A DNA stretch of 64,000 nt, from contig OZ253470.1 of assembly GCA_965261735.1 (NCBI GenBank), positions 4,122,980-4,186,979 on the forward strand. The letters are read 5' to 3'. A program made the translations under genes and the position numbers. Under the pieces are notes generated by a model that made no database searches, had not been told where the DNA came from, and saw only the letters and a program-made list of their open reading frames with translations. Positions 50,342-61,016 of the stretch are shown here, one piece after another. Each line of letters opens with the position of its first letter. Position 1 is the first letter of the stretch. This DNA comes from Alphaproteobacteria bacterium (lineage in GTDB: Bacteria > Pseudomonadota > Alphaproteobacteria > SHVV01).

Positions 50342-51364
50342 GTGGAACAGGTTACCATCGTCGGGATTGATTTGGCGAAGCGCAGCTTTCAGCTTCATGG
50401 TGCTGGGGCGGACGGCTCTGTCGTGTTCCGCAGGAAGCTGAGCCGGGAGAGATTGCTGGACTTTCTCGCTTCTCAGCCGCGCTGCGTGGTCGCGATGGAG
50501 GCTTGCGCGGGCGCTCACCAATGGGGCCGCGAGATCGGAGAGCTCGGCCACGAGGTGAGGTTGCTCCCGCCGGTCTACGTCAAGCCGTTCGTGAAGCGGC
50601 ATAAGAACGACATGGCGGATGCAGAGGCGATCTGCGAGGCGGCGCAGCGCCCGACGATGCGCTTCGTGGCGGTGAAGACGAAAGAACAGCAGGCCAGGGG
50701 AATGCTGTTCCACACGCGCGACCTTCTGGTGCGCCAGCGCACGCAGACGATCAACGCGTTGCGGGGCCACCTGGCGGAGTTTGGCGTTGTCGCGCCGCAG
50801 GGACCGGCTCATGTCGATCGGCTGGCATCGGCCCTCCAGGGTCCAGGTTCAGGGCTGCCAGGATCGGTCCGTGAGCTGGGCGCCCTTCTGCTCGATCGGA
50901 TCGAGGACCTCGATGCGAAGATCGACGGATTGAGGAGGGAGCTCCGCGCCCGCGCGTGTCAGGACGAAGAGGCGGCACGGCTCATGACGATCCCCGGCAT
51001 TGGGCCGATCACCGCAATGGCAATCCAGGCCTTCGCACCGCCGATGGAGAGCTTCCGACGCGGCCGCGACTTCGCGGCCTGGCTCGGGCTCGTGCCGCGA
51101 CAGCACACGACCGGCGGCAAGCCAAGGCTTGGCAGGATATCGAAGATGGGCCAACGCGATCTGCGGCGGCTGTTGATCACGGGCGCCATGGCTGTGGTCA
51201 GCTGGGCGGCTCGGCGTGGCGCGACGAACGACCCCTGGCTGGCCAGGATGCTGGCCCGCAAGCCGAGAATGCTGGTCGCGGTGGCGCTGGCCAACCGGAT
51301 GGCACGCATCATCTGGGCGCTGACAACGAAGAAGGAGAGCTACCGGGCTCCCGCCGCCGCCTGA
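50342..51364 (+). CDS. IS110-family transposase
   Basis: N-terminal DEDD/RuvC-like (VGIDLAKRSFQL) and C-terminal conserved region (MTIPGIGPITAMAIQA). ~390 bp non-coding downstream. Confidence 0.85.
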   Translation: MEQVTIVGIDLAKRSFQLHGAGADGSVVFRRKLSRERLLDFLASQPRCVVAMEACAGAHQWGREIGELGHEVRLLPPVYVKPFVKRHKNDMADAEAICEAAQRPTMRFVAVKTKEQQARGMLFHTRDLLVRQRTQTINALRGHLAEFGVVAPQGPAHVDRLASALQGPGSGLPGSVRELGALLLDRIEDLDAKIDGLRRELRARACQDEEAARLMTIPGIGPITAMAIQAFAPPMESFRRGRDFAAWLGLVPRQHTTGGKPRLGRISKMGQRDLRRLLITGAMAVVSWAARRGATNDPWLARMLARKPRMLVAVALANRMARIIWALTTKKESYRAPAAA

Positions 51365-51771
51365 GAGGACGGCGAAAGGCGGAGAGCCGTCGGGGATGTG
51401 GGCAGGTCGGAGGACAGGTAAGGGCAAACGGTCAATCGAGACGGGATCGGGAAAACCAGTCGTGGTACACGGAGCTTTCAAGCCCGCAAAAATGATCTTG
51501 GACCCGGTCCGCGCATCTCCATACAGGCCCGCGGCGTCAAACCAGCCGCATCATGAGGCCGGACAGATGACTGCACCTGACCGCATGTGCCGAACCGTCC
51601 GAAGAAAGGCTTGCATCAACGGAGGCGTCCACAGATGTACCACGGGCTCGGTGGTAGCTTGTCCGCATAGTCCATGGGAGGGACCCGCGCGCGGGGCGAC
51701 GCGCCCTCCGCGCGGCTGGCGGCGGCCCGCGCGTGAGAGGGGCGTGTGGGCCCACGCGGGCAAGCGGGGGG

Positions 51772-52536
51772 TTATTCGGACGGTTGCCGGCGTCGTGACC
51801 GGCTCTGCTTGAGCCGGTAGCTCTCGCCGTTCATCTCCAGGATATGGACATGGTGGGTGATGCGGTCGAGCAGCGCGCCGGTGAGGCGCTCGCTGGCGAA
51901 GACCGTCGTCCATTCCTGGAAGGGCAGGTTTGAGGTCACGATGGTGGCGCCGTTCTCGTAGCGCCGGCTGAAGACGTCGAACAGCAGCTCGCTTCCGGTC
52001 TGCGACAGGGGCACGTAGCCGAGCTCGTCGACGATCAGGAGATTGACCCTGGCGAGCTGGGCCTGGAGTCGGAGCAGCCTCTTCTCGTCGCGCGCCTCGA
52101 TCAGCTCGTGGACCAGGTGGGGGGCGGTGGCGAAGCGCACGCCGAGGCCCTTCTGGCAGGCGGCGAGGCCGAGGGCGAGAGCGACATGGGTCTTTCCGAC
52201 GCCGCTCGGGCCGAGCAGGATTACGTTCTCGCGGCGCGCGATGTACTCGCCGCGGGCGAGATCCAGCACCAGCATCTTGTTGAGCGCCGGGATCGCCTTG
52301 AAGTCGAAGCTCTCGAGCTGTTTGACGACAGGGAACCCGGCCTGCTTGATACGCCGTTCGACGAGGCGGCGCTCGCGGTCGATCAGCTCCAGCTCCACCA
52401 GCCGGGCCAGGAACTGCACATGATCCAGGCCCTCGGCCGCGCACTGGCGCGCCAGTTTCTCGTATTCCCGCAGGAAGGTCGGCAGCTTCAGCCTCTTCAG
52501 GTGATGTTCGAGCAGGATGCGGGGGGCCTCAGCCAT
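51772..52536 (-). CDS. istB: IS21-family helper ATPase IstB
   Basis: Walker A GPSGVGKTH, Walker B LLIVDELGY. Start at MAEAPRILLEHHL. Confidence 0.85.
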   Translation of the reverse strand: MAEAPRILLEHHLKRLKLPTFLREYEKLARQCAAEGLDHVQFLARLVELELIDRERRLVERRIKQAGFPVVKQLESFDFKAIPALNKMLVLDLARGEYIARRENVILLGPSGVGKTHVALALGLAACQKGLGVRFATAPHLVHELIEARDEKRLLRLQAQLARVNLLIVDELGYVPLSQTGSELLFDVFSRRYENGATIVTSNLPFQEWTTVFASERLTGALLDRITHHVHILEMNGESYRLKQSRSRRRQPSE

Positions 52537-54031
52537 GGCCGGCCCCTCCGGCCAGCAGGATGGCGTAGTCGGCGCTCCGCGTGGCGGCGACGAAGGGCTG
52601 GGGCAGGTGCGGATAGCGCGACAGGTCGAGATGCACGGGCCGCCTCTCGATGCGCGCCAGCAGGAGATGCTTGACCGCATCGAAGCCGATCAGGCGCCGC
52701 TTCACCGCGTCGCGCACCGCGGCCGCCACCTGCCGTTCCGGGAAGTCTTCGTGCAGGCGCAGCACCTGGATGTATTCGCGCTTGCCGCGCGGGCCGAAGC
52801 GGGCTTCGAGGAGGCGGCGCAGCGTGTCGAAGGCGGGATCGAGCTTCCATCCCCGCAGCGGCGCCGCCTGGTCCAGGGCGCCCGGCTTCTTCTCCAGCAG
52901 CGACAGATAGTGCAGCGGGTCGTAGATGACGTCGCCGCGGACATAGGAGCGCCGATGGCGGGCGACGATCTCGGCGCCGAGCGCGATCTCGACCCGGTCG
53001 ACATAGCCCTTCACCATGACCTTCTTGTGGGCGTGCGCCGCCGGCGCCGAGTAGTCCACCAGCCGGTAGCGCACCAGGGCCGTGGACGAGATCTGGCCCG
53101 GCACATGCTCGCAAGCCTCGAAGGGAACCGCCGGCAGATCGCGCAGGGCCTCGAGATCGGCCAGCGCCGCCGCCGCCTGCCCCCCTGCCTCCAGCGCGTC
53201 GAGCCGCTCAAGGCAGCGCGCCAGCAGCCGCTCGTTCAGGACCGACAGGTCATGCACCTTCGGGATCGGCACCATGAACCGGCGCCGTGCCGTCTTCACC
53301 AGGGCCTCGACCTTGCCCTTGTCGTTGCCCTTGCCGGGCCGGCCGAAGCGGTCGCGGAACAGGTAGTGCGATTGCAGATGCGTGAACGCCTGCGTGCGCC
53401 GACGCGTGCCGTCGCCCAGGATCCTCGCCACCGCAAGCGTCGTGTTGTCATAGAGGATCGATCGCGGCACACCGCCGAGGAAGGCGAAGGCGCTGACATG
53501 GCCGTCCAGGAAGGCCTCCGTCGTCTCCCTCGGATAGGCCTTGACGAACCAGACGTTGGAATGGGGCAGGATCAGGCAGAAGAAGGCAACCTTCTCCCGC
53601 CTGCCCCCGACCTCCACCACCGCCTCGCCGAAGTCGACCTGGGCATGGCCCGGCGGGTGATGCAGCGGCACAAAAGCCTCGCGCGTCGACTGCCGCCGAG
53701 CCCGGACATAGTCCTTCACGATGGTATAGCCGCCGGTGAACCCGTGCTCGTCCCGTAGCCGCTCGAATATCCGGTGCGCCGTGTGGCGCTGCTTGCGCGG
53801 CACGTCCGGATCCGTGTCCGCCTCCAGGATCGCGTCGACGATGCCGGTGAACCCGTCCAGCTTGGGCCGCCGGACCGGCTTCGTCCGGCGGTAGCCCGGT
53901 GGCGCCGAGTAGGTCAGCATCTTCTTCACCGTGCGACGGTCGATGCCGAACCGCCGGCCCGCCTCGTGATGACTCAGACCCTCGTCGACAACCGCCAGTC
54001 GAACCGCCGCATAGAGCTCCACGCCGTACAT
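52529..54031 (-). CDS. istA: IS21-family transposase IstA
   Basis: HTH N-terminus, DDE core (HAQVDFGE ... LYDN). Overlaps istB by 8 nt. Confidence 0.85.
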   Translation of the reverse strand: MYGVELYAAVRLAVVDEGLSHHEAGRRFGIDRRTVKKMLTYSAPPGYRRTKPVRRPKLDGFTGIVDAILEADTDPDVPRKQRHTAHRIFERLRDEHGFTGGYTIVKDYVRARRQSTREAFVPLHHPPGHAQVDFGEAVVEVGGRREKVAFFCLILPHSNVWFVKAYPRETTEAFLDGHVSAFAFLGGVPRSILYDNTTLAVARILGDGTRRRTQAFTHLQSHYLFRDRFGRPGKGNDKGKVEALVKTARRRFMVPIPKVHDLSVLNERLLARCLERLDALEAGGQAAAALADLEALRDLPAVPFEACEHVPGQISSTALVRYRLVDYSAPAAHAHKKVMVKGYVDRVEIALGAEIVARHRRSYVRGDVIYDPLHYLSLLEKKPGALDQAAPLRGWKLDPAFDTLRRLLEARFGPRGKREYIQVLRLHEDFPERQVAAAVRDAVKRRLIGFDAVKHLLLARIERRPVHLDLSRYPHLPQPFVAATRSADYAILLAGGAGHG

Positions 54032-54164
54032 CTCGTGCCCCTCGTCGCAACCGACAAGGGACCATGAGTGGCACAATTTTGCGCCGCCGCGACCGGACCG
54101 CCCGGCCGCCTCGCGTGGAGCATTATTCCTCCGCCGTTAACAACCGCCGCTTGAACCATCAAAG

Positions 54165-54250
54165 CCAAGCGGCTTAACATCAAACAAAGATGAGCCAGAT
54201 CCTCCCTTATGAAACACGCTCAACAGTCCCATTTGTTTTGATGACGGACA
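54165..54250. repeat. Right ~86-bp terminal inverted repeat of nested IS21-family element (ends ACA)
   Basis: Matches the reverse complement of 50075-50160 with 3-4 mismatches. Confidence 0.7.
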
Positions 54251-54313
54251 GGCAGGCCCGCGCGGAAGCACCTTGATCGCCCAGCCGGAAGCGCCTTGTT
54301 CGAGTGCGGGGCG

Positions 54314-55558
54314 CTAGGCCGCGCGCTTATCGAAACGCCGGGTCCGCCTGCGGCGCTTGCGGGGGCTCGGTGCCGGTCGAGGCGCCGCGCCCTTGCCGTT
54401 ATTGCCCGACGCGGCCACAGTCTCGTCCGGCGCCTCGCCGACAACCCGCAATGACTCTTTGATCAACCGCTCGATCGCGCGCAGTTGCGGCCGCTCGCTG
54501 GCATCGCAGAACGAGATCGCGATGCCCGCGGCGCCCGCGCGCGCGGTGCGGCCGATCCGGTGAACGTAGCATTCGGGCTCGTTCGGCAGCTCGTAATTGA
54601 TGACGTGGGTGACGTCGTCGACGTCAAGCCCGCGCGCGGCGACATCGGTGGCCACCAGCACCCGCACTTCTCCGGTGCGGAAGTTTTCGAGCGCCCGTTG
54701 GCGCGCATTTTGGGACTTATTGCCATGCAGCGCATCGGCACTGACCCCGCCAAGGGCGAGCCGTTTGACCACCTGGTTGGCGCCGCGTTTGGTGCGCGTA
54801 AATACCAGCACCTTTTTGAGATCGGGTGCGGCAAGAAGCTTGGCCAGAAGATCGCGTTTCGAGGCCGTGGCGAGGTGATGGACGTGTTGCTCGACGCGCT
54901 CCACCGCCACCCTCTTGGCCGCGATTTCGACCCGTTCAGGCTCGAACAGGACCTCGCCGGCGAGCTTCGCAACCTCGGCCGGCATGGTCGCCGAAAAGAG
55001 CTGTGTCTGCCGCTCATCAGGCAGCATCGCCACGATCTTACGCACGTCGCGGATGAAGCCCATGTCGAACATGCGGTCGGCCTCGTCGATGATGAGGTAT
55101 TCGCACTGGCTCAAATCGGCGCGGCGCTGCTGCGCGAGATCGAGAAGCCGGCCCGGCGTGGCAACCAGAATGTCGACGCTGCGGCGCAGCGCCTCGATCT
55201 GGGGCCGCTGGGGGACGCCGCCCATGACGACCGCCTGGCGAAATTGCAGGTGCCGCCCATAGGTCTTGATGCTGCTGGAGATCTGTAGCGCGAGTTCGCG
55301 CGTGGGCGCGAGAATTAGCGCTCGCGTCGTCCACGGCGAAGCCTTGACGCCGTCTTCGACGAGGTTCTGCAGAAGCGGCAGCGTGAACGCCGCTGTCTTG
55401 CCGGTGCCCGTCTGGGCGATACCGAGCAGATCCATGCCGTCCAGCAGGTACGGAATGGCGCGACGTTGAATGGGGGTGGGGGTGTCGTACTGCGCGTCTT
55501 CAAGCGCGCGTAAAAGCCGCTCGGAGAGCCCGAGTTCGGCGAAAGCTGAAACTGTCAA
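54314..55558 (-). CDS. rhlE: DEAD-box ATP-dependent RNA helicase (RhlE-like) with basic C-terminal tail
   Basis: Q-motif, AQTGTGKTAAF, DEAD (IIDEADRM), SAT, HRIGRTARAG. TTG start with AAGGA RBS. Confidence 0.8.
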   Translation of the reverse strand: MTVSAFAELGLSERLLRALEDAQYDTPTPIQRRAIPYLLDGMDLLGIAQTGTGKTAAFTLPLLQNLVEDGVKASPWTTRALILAPTRELALQISSSIKTYGRHLQFRQAVVMGGVPQRPQIEALRRSVDILVATPGRLLDLAQQRRADLSQCEYLIIDEADRMFDMGFIRDVRKIVAMLPDERQTQLFSATMPAEVAKLAGEVLFEPERVEIAAKRVAVERVEQHVHHLATASKRDLLAKLLAAPDLKKVLVFTRTKRGANQVVKRLALGGVSADALHGNKSQNARQRALENFRTGEVRVLVATDVAARGLDVDDVTHVINYELPNEPECYVHRIGRTARAGAAGIAISFCDASERPQLRAIERLIKESLRVVGEAPDETVAASGNNGKGAAPRPAPSPRKRRRRTRRFDKRAA

Positions 55559-55863
55559 AGATACAAATTCCTTGTTACGGAGACCCGGCGCGCGCGGAGG
55601 CGAGCGATCAGGGCTAACCGTGTCCTTCTTTTCCACGCGCACTTAGATCAGACGGGGATTGGATGAAATATCCTCGCGGTAATAAGCCCGTTTCGACGGG
55701 CAGATCGCGCGACCGCGAGGAACGCTGCCTTTCAAATGAGCCCTCCCGCCTCGAAAGTCAAGGTGTGGGCCGAAAATCGGATCGTCAAACGTCGAGCACC
55801 AGGTCGGTCGTAAGGGGTGCGAGTCTCGCATGGCAGTGATGTCTGCGGCTTGGTTCGTTGAGT

Positions 55864-57130
55864 TCAGGCAGCGATTGCCATGGCTGCTGCACGTGGACTG
55901 ATGTTGTCGTTGGCCGGTGTGTCGGTTGCGCTGATCAGGGCCTTCCATGCGCGCTCGAAGCGGCCGGATTTGATCAGGGCGCGGAAGGTCAGAACAGCCT
56001 GTCCGCCGACGATCCGCCAGCGCATGCCGGAGCGCTTCATTTGCTGTGTCACCAGGGTCTTGTTGGCAGCCTCGACCACGCCTGAGCCGATGGCGATGCC
56101 CTCTTCCTTCAGGGCGTGGTAGCGCATGCGATGGCGATGCTTGCGGAAGAAGGCGAGTTCCCGCTCGGTCTCGGCCCGGTCCGGCGCAGCGGCGGCATCG
56201 CGAAGGTGGCGCAGCGCCCGGATCACCTTGGCGACGCCACGGGGATCGTGACGGAGGATCTCGCGGTACTTCTCGAACCAGCCGGGCGCCACGGCATGGT
56301 CGGACGCGGTTTGCAGATGTTCGCAAGCATGCCAGAAGTCGATCACCTCGGTTTCGGGCGACAGGGTCTCCAGGAAGGTCCAGTTGTCGGCGGCGCCATC
56401 GGCGATAGCGACGATCCCGATCTCGGGGCGTGCTCGCCTGATGTGTGCGACTTCGCTTGCAAGCTGCGCCTTCAGCGTGAGCTTGCCGCTCTCCGGCATG
56501 CGGCCGGGATAGAGGGTCTTCAGGCGCTTGCCCTCGGCGTCGTGGAAGGGAGACCGTGCCGCAGGCGGCCTCGCGCAAGGAGGCCTTGGCGCGACCGTCC
56601 TCGCCGGGTCTCAGCGGCACCATGACGCCGTCGAGGGAGACCGAGGCGGTGGTCGCGTCCTGCGGTATGCCCTCGGCCTCACGGATGCTGCCCAGCGTCT
56701 CCGGGCCGAGGCTCTCCCAGCATTCGTGCATGCTCAGGGTCAGGCGCTGCAGGGTGCTCACCGACGGCGTCATGGCGCCGGTCTTCGCAAAGAACGCCGC
56801 CGCTTCCCGGGCCGTGCAGTGACCCATCATCAGCAGACCGAGCTCGGCCGCCGGCCGCGTCAGGTAATCGTCGACGAGGCCCAGGCTCTCGTCGACCGGC
56901 ACCGGCGATGCCCCGCTCGCGCCGCTGCGGTAACGCGCTCGCCGGTAGGTCACCGGACCGAGCGAGGTCATGATCGTCTTCGGCGTCACCGCGACCCGGA
57001 ACCAGCTCTGCCCGTCCCGCTCGATCCGGGAAGCGCCATCGTCCCGGTTCTCGATGACGGCGCCCATGACATCGCGAGCGAACTCGTTCGTGGCCTCACG
57101 CACCCGCAACTCGACCTCCTCGGGCGCCTC
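55864..57130 (-). pseudogene. ISKra4-like family transposase interrupted by a frameshift near 56500
   Basis: C-terminal part in ORF 55864..56499 (WHACEHL, GSGVVEAANKTLVTQQMKRSGMRW). N-terminal part continues in another frame within track ORF 55643..57232. Confidence 0.5.
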
Positions 57131-57352
57131 GGGGCGCGGCTCGGAACAACCAGGTGGTGAAGTGCCCGCTCGAGGTTCACAAGCCTTGATGGCGAAACAT
57201 ATCTGACGCCTCCAACCGGTGCATTTGGGCAAGGCTGGACTGTTGCGATTATCTTTACGTGGGAGGCTCCGCCGTGAAGCCGCGGTATTGTCGTCCCCGT
57301 GTTGGTGTCATGGGGCAGCCTATGCCGTGAAGAAGCCCGGCAGCGGTGCCGG

Positions 57353-58717
57353 TCAATTGTCAGGGGCCGCTGCTGTTTCACATCCGGTATGGCTTCCATC
57401 GAAATGGCGAATGCCGGGATTTGGAGTTTCGCCAAGCGGTGCGGCGGGTCCGATGCGCGCCGCCGCCAAGTCCCGCCAGCGAGTGGTGTAGCGCGGGGAC
57501 AACCGTTCCTGGCGCATTCGCCACTCTGCATCCCTGGCCGTAAGCCCGAGAGCGATGGAGCCCCGCCCGAAGCGCTCGTTGATCCTGTCCATAGCCTGCA
57601 TCAACCGGCCGTTCTCCAGCGGCCCGTCCTGAAACAGCGACCCAACCGCATCGTCGGCCGGCGACAGGTCAAGCAGCATCACGCCGGCCTTGCGGTAGGC
57701 AAAGCCCTCGCGCCAGAGGCGTTCGAATATTCGCAACGCCGCCGCGACGATAACGCGGCTGTCGGCGGTTGGCGCCGGGAACGCTGCAGATGCGGCGGTC
57801 GTGTATTGCGGGGCGGCGGTATCGAACCTGTCGGTCGCGATGGATACCTGAAGATTGCCACAGACCTGATCGGACTGACGGATCTTCTCCGCCGTCCTTT
57901 CCGCGAAGGATACGATGGCGTCGCGAACCTGTCCCCGATCGGTAATCGCCCGGCTGAAGCTTCGCGAACAGCAGGTGGTCTGTTTGACGGCGGGCTGTGT
58001 CTCCAACTCATGACAGGCGATGCCGCGCAGCTCGTGCACCGTCCTGAGCCCGGTCACTCCCATGCGCTGGCGCACCCAGCCATCGGGCGCATCGCGCAGG
58101 TCCAGCGCGGTCCCGATACCGCGCCCGGCCAGCATCCTCGACCAACGGCCGCCGATGCCCCAGACATCGCCCGCGGCGGTCCTGGAGAGCGCCGGGCCGA
58201 CCCAGGCGGGGTTGCCCGACAGGTCGAGAACCCCTCCCGTCCGTGGCGCGCTTTTCGCGATCCTGTTGGCGATCTTGGCCAGGGTCTTGGTCGGGCCGAT
58301 CCCGATCGATACCGGGATGCCGGTCCAGCGGCGGACCCGGGTACGAAGATCGTGGCACCACCGGGTCAGGTCGGGCACCGCCAGGCAGTCGAGATCGAGG
58401 AAGCTCTCGTCGATACTGTAGACCTCGATGCGCGGCGCCTCGGCGGCCAGGATGCTCATCACCCGTTCCGACAGGTCGCCATAGAGCGCGTAGTTCGAGG
58501 ACAGCACGGTGACATCGTGGCGTTCGACGAGGCGCTTCGCCTGGAACAGCGGGACGCCCATGGCGATGCCGAGCGCCTTGGCCTCCTGGGAGCGGGCGAC
58601 GATGCAGCCATCGTTGTTGGACAGCACGACGATGGGGCGGCCGGAGAGCGAAGGTTGGAACACCCGCTCGCACGAGGCATAGAAGTTGTTGCAATCGACC
58701 AGGCCGACCGTGGTCAT
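57353..58717 (-). CDS. umuC: Error-prone Y-family DNA polymerase V subunit UmuC
   Basis: [20 protein letters not shown] start, palm/finger motifs (SIDESFLDL). The C-terminal tail may be affected by the adjacent IS. Confidence 0.8.
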   Translation of the reverse strand: MTTVGLVDCNNFYASCERVFQPSLSGRPIVVLSNNDGCIVARSQEAKALGIAMGVPLFQAKRLVERHDVTVLSSNYALYGDLSERVMSILAAEAPRIEVYSIDESFLDLDCLAVPDLTRWCHDLRTRVRRWTGIPVSIGIGPTKTLAKIANRIAKSAPRTGGVLDLSGNPAWVGPALSRTAAGDVWGIGGRWSRMLAGRGIGTALDLRDAPDGWVRQRMGVTGLRTVHELRGIACHELETQPAVKQTTCCSRSFSRAITDRGQVRDAIVSFAERTAEKIRQSDQVCGNLQVSIATDRFDTAAPQYTTAASAAFPAPTADSRVIVAAALRIFERLWREGFAYRKAGVMLLDLSPADDAVGSLFQDGPLENGRLMQAMDRINERFGRGSIALGLTARDAEWRMRQERLSPRYTTRWRDLAAARIGPAAPLGETPNPGIRHFDGSHTGCETAAAPDN

Positions 58718-58721
58718 GGAC

Positions 58722-59171
58722 CTAACGCGCGCAGTGCTTGCGGATGCTGTGGGTAACGACGCCCCAGGCCTCGCAACCGGCATCGTCGAGGGCGATATCG
58801 GGAAAATCCGGGTTCTCGGCGTAGAGGATCAGGGCGCCATTGCTCTTTCTCAGGCGTTTGACCGTCAGCTCGCCATGCAGGACGGCGATGACGATATCGT
58901 CGGCCTGGGGCACGATGGCGCGGTCGACAACGAGAAGGTCGCCGTCGAAAATCCCGGCGTCGCGCATGGACTCGCCCTGCGCGCGGATGAAAAAGGTGGC
59001 CGCCGGGCGGCGGATCAGATGCAGATTGAGATCAAGCTTGCCCTCGATATGGTCGTCGGCGGGGCTTGGAAAACCGGCCGGCACCCTGGAGCCGTAAAGC
59101 GGCAGGGCGAGTTCGGAGGGCTGATCGGTGAAACGATGCAAGGGGACGACCTTCAATATCAATAGGAACAT
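58722..59171 (-). CDS. umuD: UmuD (LexA-like S24 peptidase)
   Basis: S24 catalytic Ser (GESM) and Lys (KRL) context. 5 bp upstream of umuC. Confidence 0.8.
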   Translation of the reverse strand: MFLLILKVVPLHRFTDQPSELALPLYGSRVPAGFPSPADDHIEGKLDLNLHLIRRPAATFFIRAQGESMRDAGIFDGDLLVVDRAIVPQADDIVIAVLHGELTVKRLRKSNGALILYAENPDFPDIALDDAGCEAWGVVTHSIRKHCAR

Positions 59172-59180
59172 AACATGAAT
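59166..59180. promoter_or_regulatory. Putative alphaproteobacterial-type SOS box GAACATAACATGAAT (GAAC-N7-GAAT)
   Basis: Direct-repeat LexA box consensus GAAC-N7-GAAC with one mismatch, overlapping the umuD start codon. Confidence 0.35.
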
Positions 59181-59465
59181 TTAGTGGCCAATTGTCAAGA
59201 TGGCGTGGCGTGTTGAGGGCTCTCGCGATCCAAACGCTCTGGCACATAGGCCATTTGCGATTCCATGAGGCCATCTGGACTTGAAATCGCCCCTAAGAGC
59301 GGCGTTTCTCGTCGTGTTCGTGGCCAGGGCAAGGCCGTGCCGTTTCTATGAGGTCGATGAGAGAGGGTGTTAGTTTTGCCGCACGCGTTGCGGCTATTCG
59401 CGGCCCATTTCGCGCACAACCGGCAACAGCCGCCATATCATGCGGGCCAGAGAGGGAAGAAGACC

Positions 59466-59894
59466 ATGAGGAAACGAATGCATGGCATCCGTGCCGGCGC
59501 CGTTCTGGCAATCCTTGTGCTCGCGATGGCTCCGGCGTCGCGGGCGGGCACGCCGTCCTGCCCGGCCGGGTTTGAAGAGTTCACCGAGTACCGGCTGTTC
59601 TTCGGGCGTAGCCGGGCAGATGTGGAAGTCGTGAGCGACAAGGCCTGGCGGGGATTTCTCGCCGCGGAGATCACGCCGCGTTTCCCCGGCGGTCTGACCG
59701 TTCTGGACGCCGCCGGGCAGTGGCGCGACGGATCAGGCGCGATCATGCGGGAGAGGACGAAGCTGGTGATTGTCCTGGCCAAGCCGGCTGCTGCGGAGGT
59801 GCGGCACACGGTGGAGATTGCGGAGGCGTACAAGCGTTCATTCGGCCAGGAGGCCGTATTGCGTACGATCACGCCGGCCTGCGTGTCGTTTTAG
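59466..59894 (+). CDS. Secreted DUF3574-like protein
   Basis: Signal peptide MRKRMHGIRAGAVLAILVLAMAPASRAG. Family call is by sequence pattern only. Confidence 0.4.
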   Translation: MRKRMHGIRAGAVLAILVLAMAPASRAGTPSCPAGFEEFTEYRLFFGRSRADVEVVSDKAWRGFLAAEITPRFPGGLTVLDAAGQWRDGSGAIMRERTKLVIVLAKPAAAEVRHTVEIAEAYKRSFGQEAVLRTITPACVSF

Positions 59895-60047
59895 GACTTT
59901 GCACCCTTCGACCCCGGACGCGCTGGTCGGCGCGGGCGAGGCTGAAACGCGAGTGGTGAGCGCTGGAGGATGCCGTGAGGCGGCGGCACGAGGCAGCCAG
60001 GTGCCTGCCGTCTCTGCGAGGCCGGAGAGGAGCTGCGCCCGGAGCCG

Positions 60048-61016
60048 CTAGTTGGCTTTGAAGGCGTCGATTATCGCGGCGCCGCCGGCGCCCGCGGCGG
60101 CAGACCATTCGGCCGACATGGTCGCGCCGATCTCCGCGAGGTCGGCGGCGAGCCGCTCACCCGGCGCCAGCACGCTCATGCCGTTGTCCCTTAGCTGTGC
60201 CATATACCAATCGGTCAACTCGCGTGCTCGCGTCGTGCCGGCCGCTTCCGCCAACAACGACGCCGAACGCAGGCAGTTCCGGGTTTGCGCGTCGAGCGCG
60301 TCGAAGGCGTCCATGTTCACGAACACATAGTTGCGCGGCAGCCAGGCCCGGACGTCGTAGAAATAGCTCATATGCTCCCAGACCTTGTGGTCGTAACCGG
60401 TCGAGCTCGACGACATGAAGGCGTCCGCCACACCGCTCGCCAGCGCCTGCCTGAGCTCTGCCGCCTCGACATGCACCGGCAGCATTTTGGCAAGCTCTGC
60501 CAGTCTCGCGGTCGCGGCGTTGTTGGTGCGGAACCTGATCCCGCCCATGTCGGCGACACCGCCGATCTCACGTTTGAAATACATCCCCTGCGGTGGCCAG
60601 GGGACGGCGTAGAGCAGTACCAGATTCTGCTCGGCGAGGATCTCGGTCAACTTGCCCCTGGCCGCCTGCCAAAGCCGATCGGATGCCTCGAAGGACGATG
60701 CCAGGAACGGCACCGAGTCGAACCCGAAGACGGCATTCTCATTCTGGTGCGCGCTCAACAACCGCTCACCGATGGGAGCCCGGCCGGTCTGTACGGCGCG
60801 TTTGATCTCACCGCCCTTGAACAGGGTGCCGCCGCCATGCACTACGATCTCAAGATCGCCCCCGGTGCACACGCCCACTGCCTCGGCAAACAGCTTGCCG
60901 TTTTGCGTGTGGTAATTGGAATCCACATACGCCGTCGGCATGTCCCATTTGTCGGCCGCGTGGACGGTGCCCGCCGAGAGGGCCAAGCCTGCAGCCAGTC
61001 CCGTCAACCATTTCAT
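60048..61016 (-). CDS. TRAP transporter substrate-binding protein (DctP family)
   Basis: Signal peptide MKWLTGLAAGLALSAGTVHA and DctP-like fold. No dctQM in the window. Confidence 0.7.
   Translation of the reverse strand: MKWLTGLAAGLALSAGTVHAADKWDMPTAYVDSNYHTQNGKLFAEAVGVCTGGDLEIVVHGGGTLFKGGEIKRAVQTGRAPIGERLLSAHQNENAVFGFDSVPFLASSFEASDRLWQAARGKLTEILAEQNLVLLYAVPWPPQGMYFKREIGGVADMGGIRFRTNNAATARLAELAKMLPVHVEAAELRQALASGVADAFMSSSSTGYDHKVWEHMSYFYDVRAWLPRNYVFVNMDAFDALDAQTRNCLRSASLLAEAAGTTRARELTDWYMAQLRDNGMSVLAPGERLAADLAEIGATMSAEWSAAAGAGGAAIIDAFKAN

Larger units (their letters stand above)
50075..54250 (-). mobile_element. IS21-family element (istA/istB) bounded by ~86-bp imperfect IRs (TGT...ACA) and carrying a nested IS110-family element
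   Basis: Long IRs at both ends. istA-istB on the minus strand. IS110-type transposase on the plus strand between the left IR and the istB stop. Size minus the inner IS (~2.7 kb) fits IS21 family. Confidence 0.55.

Noticed and set aside
50065-50370. 101-aa Gly-rich ORF at the left end of the nested IS
   Set aside because: Lies within the 86-bp terminal repeat and IS110 upstream non-coding region. Low-complexity translation and no RBS.
55643-57232. 529-aa ORF read as a single protein
   Set aside because: Only its middle part (ISKra4-like transposase N-terminal region) looks coding. The rest is read-through. The C-terminal transposase part is in ORF 55864..56499, so it is interpreted as a frameshifted transposase.
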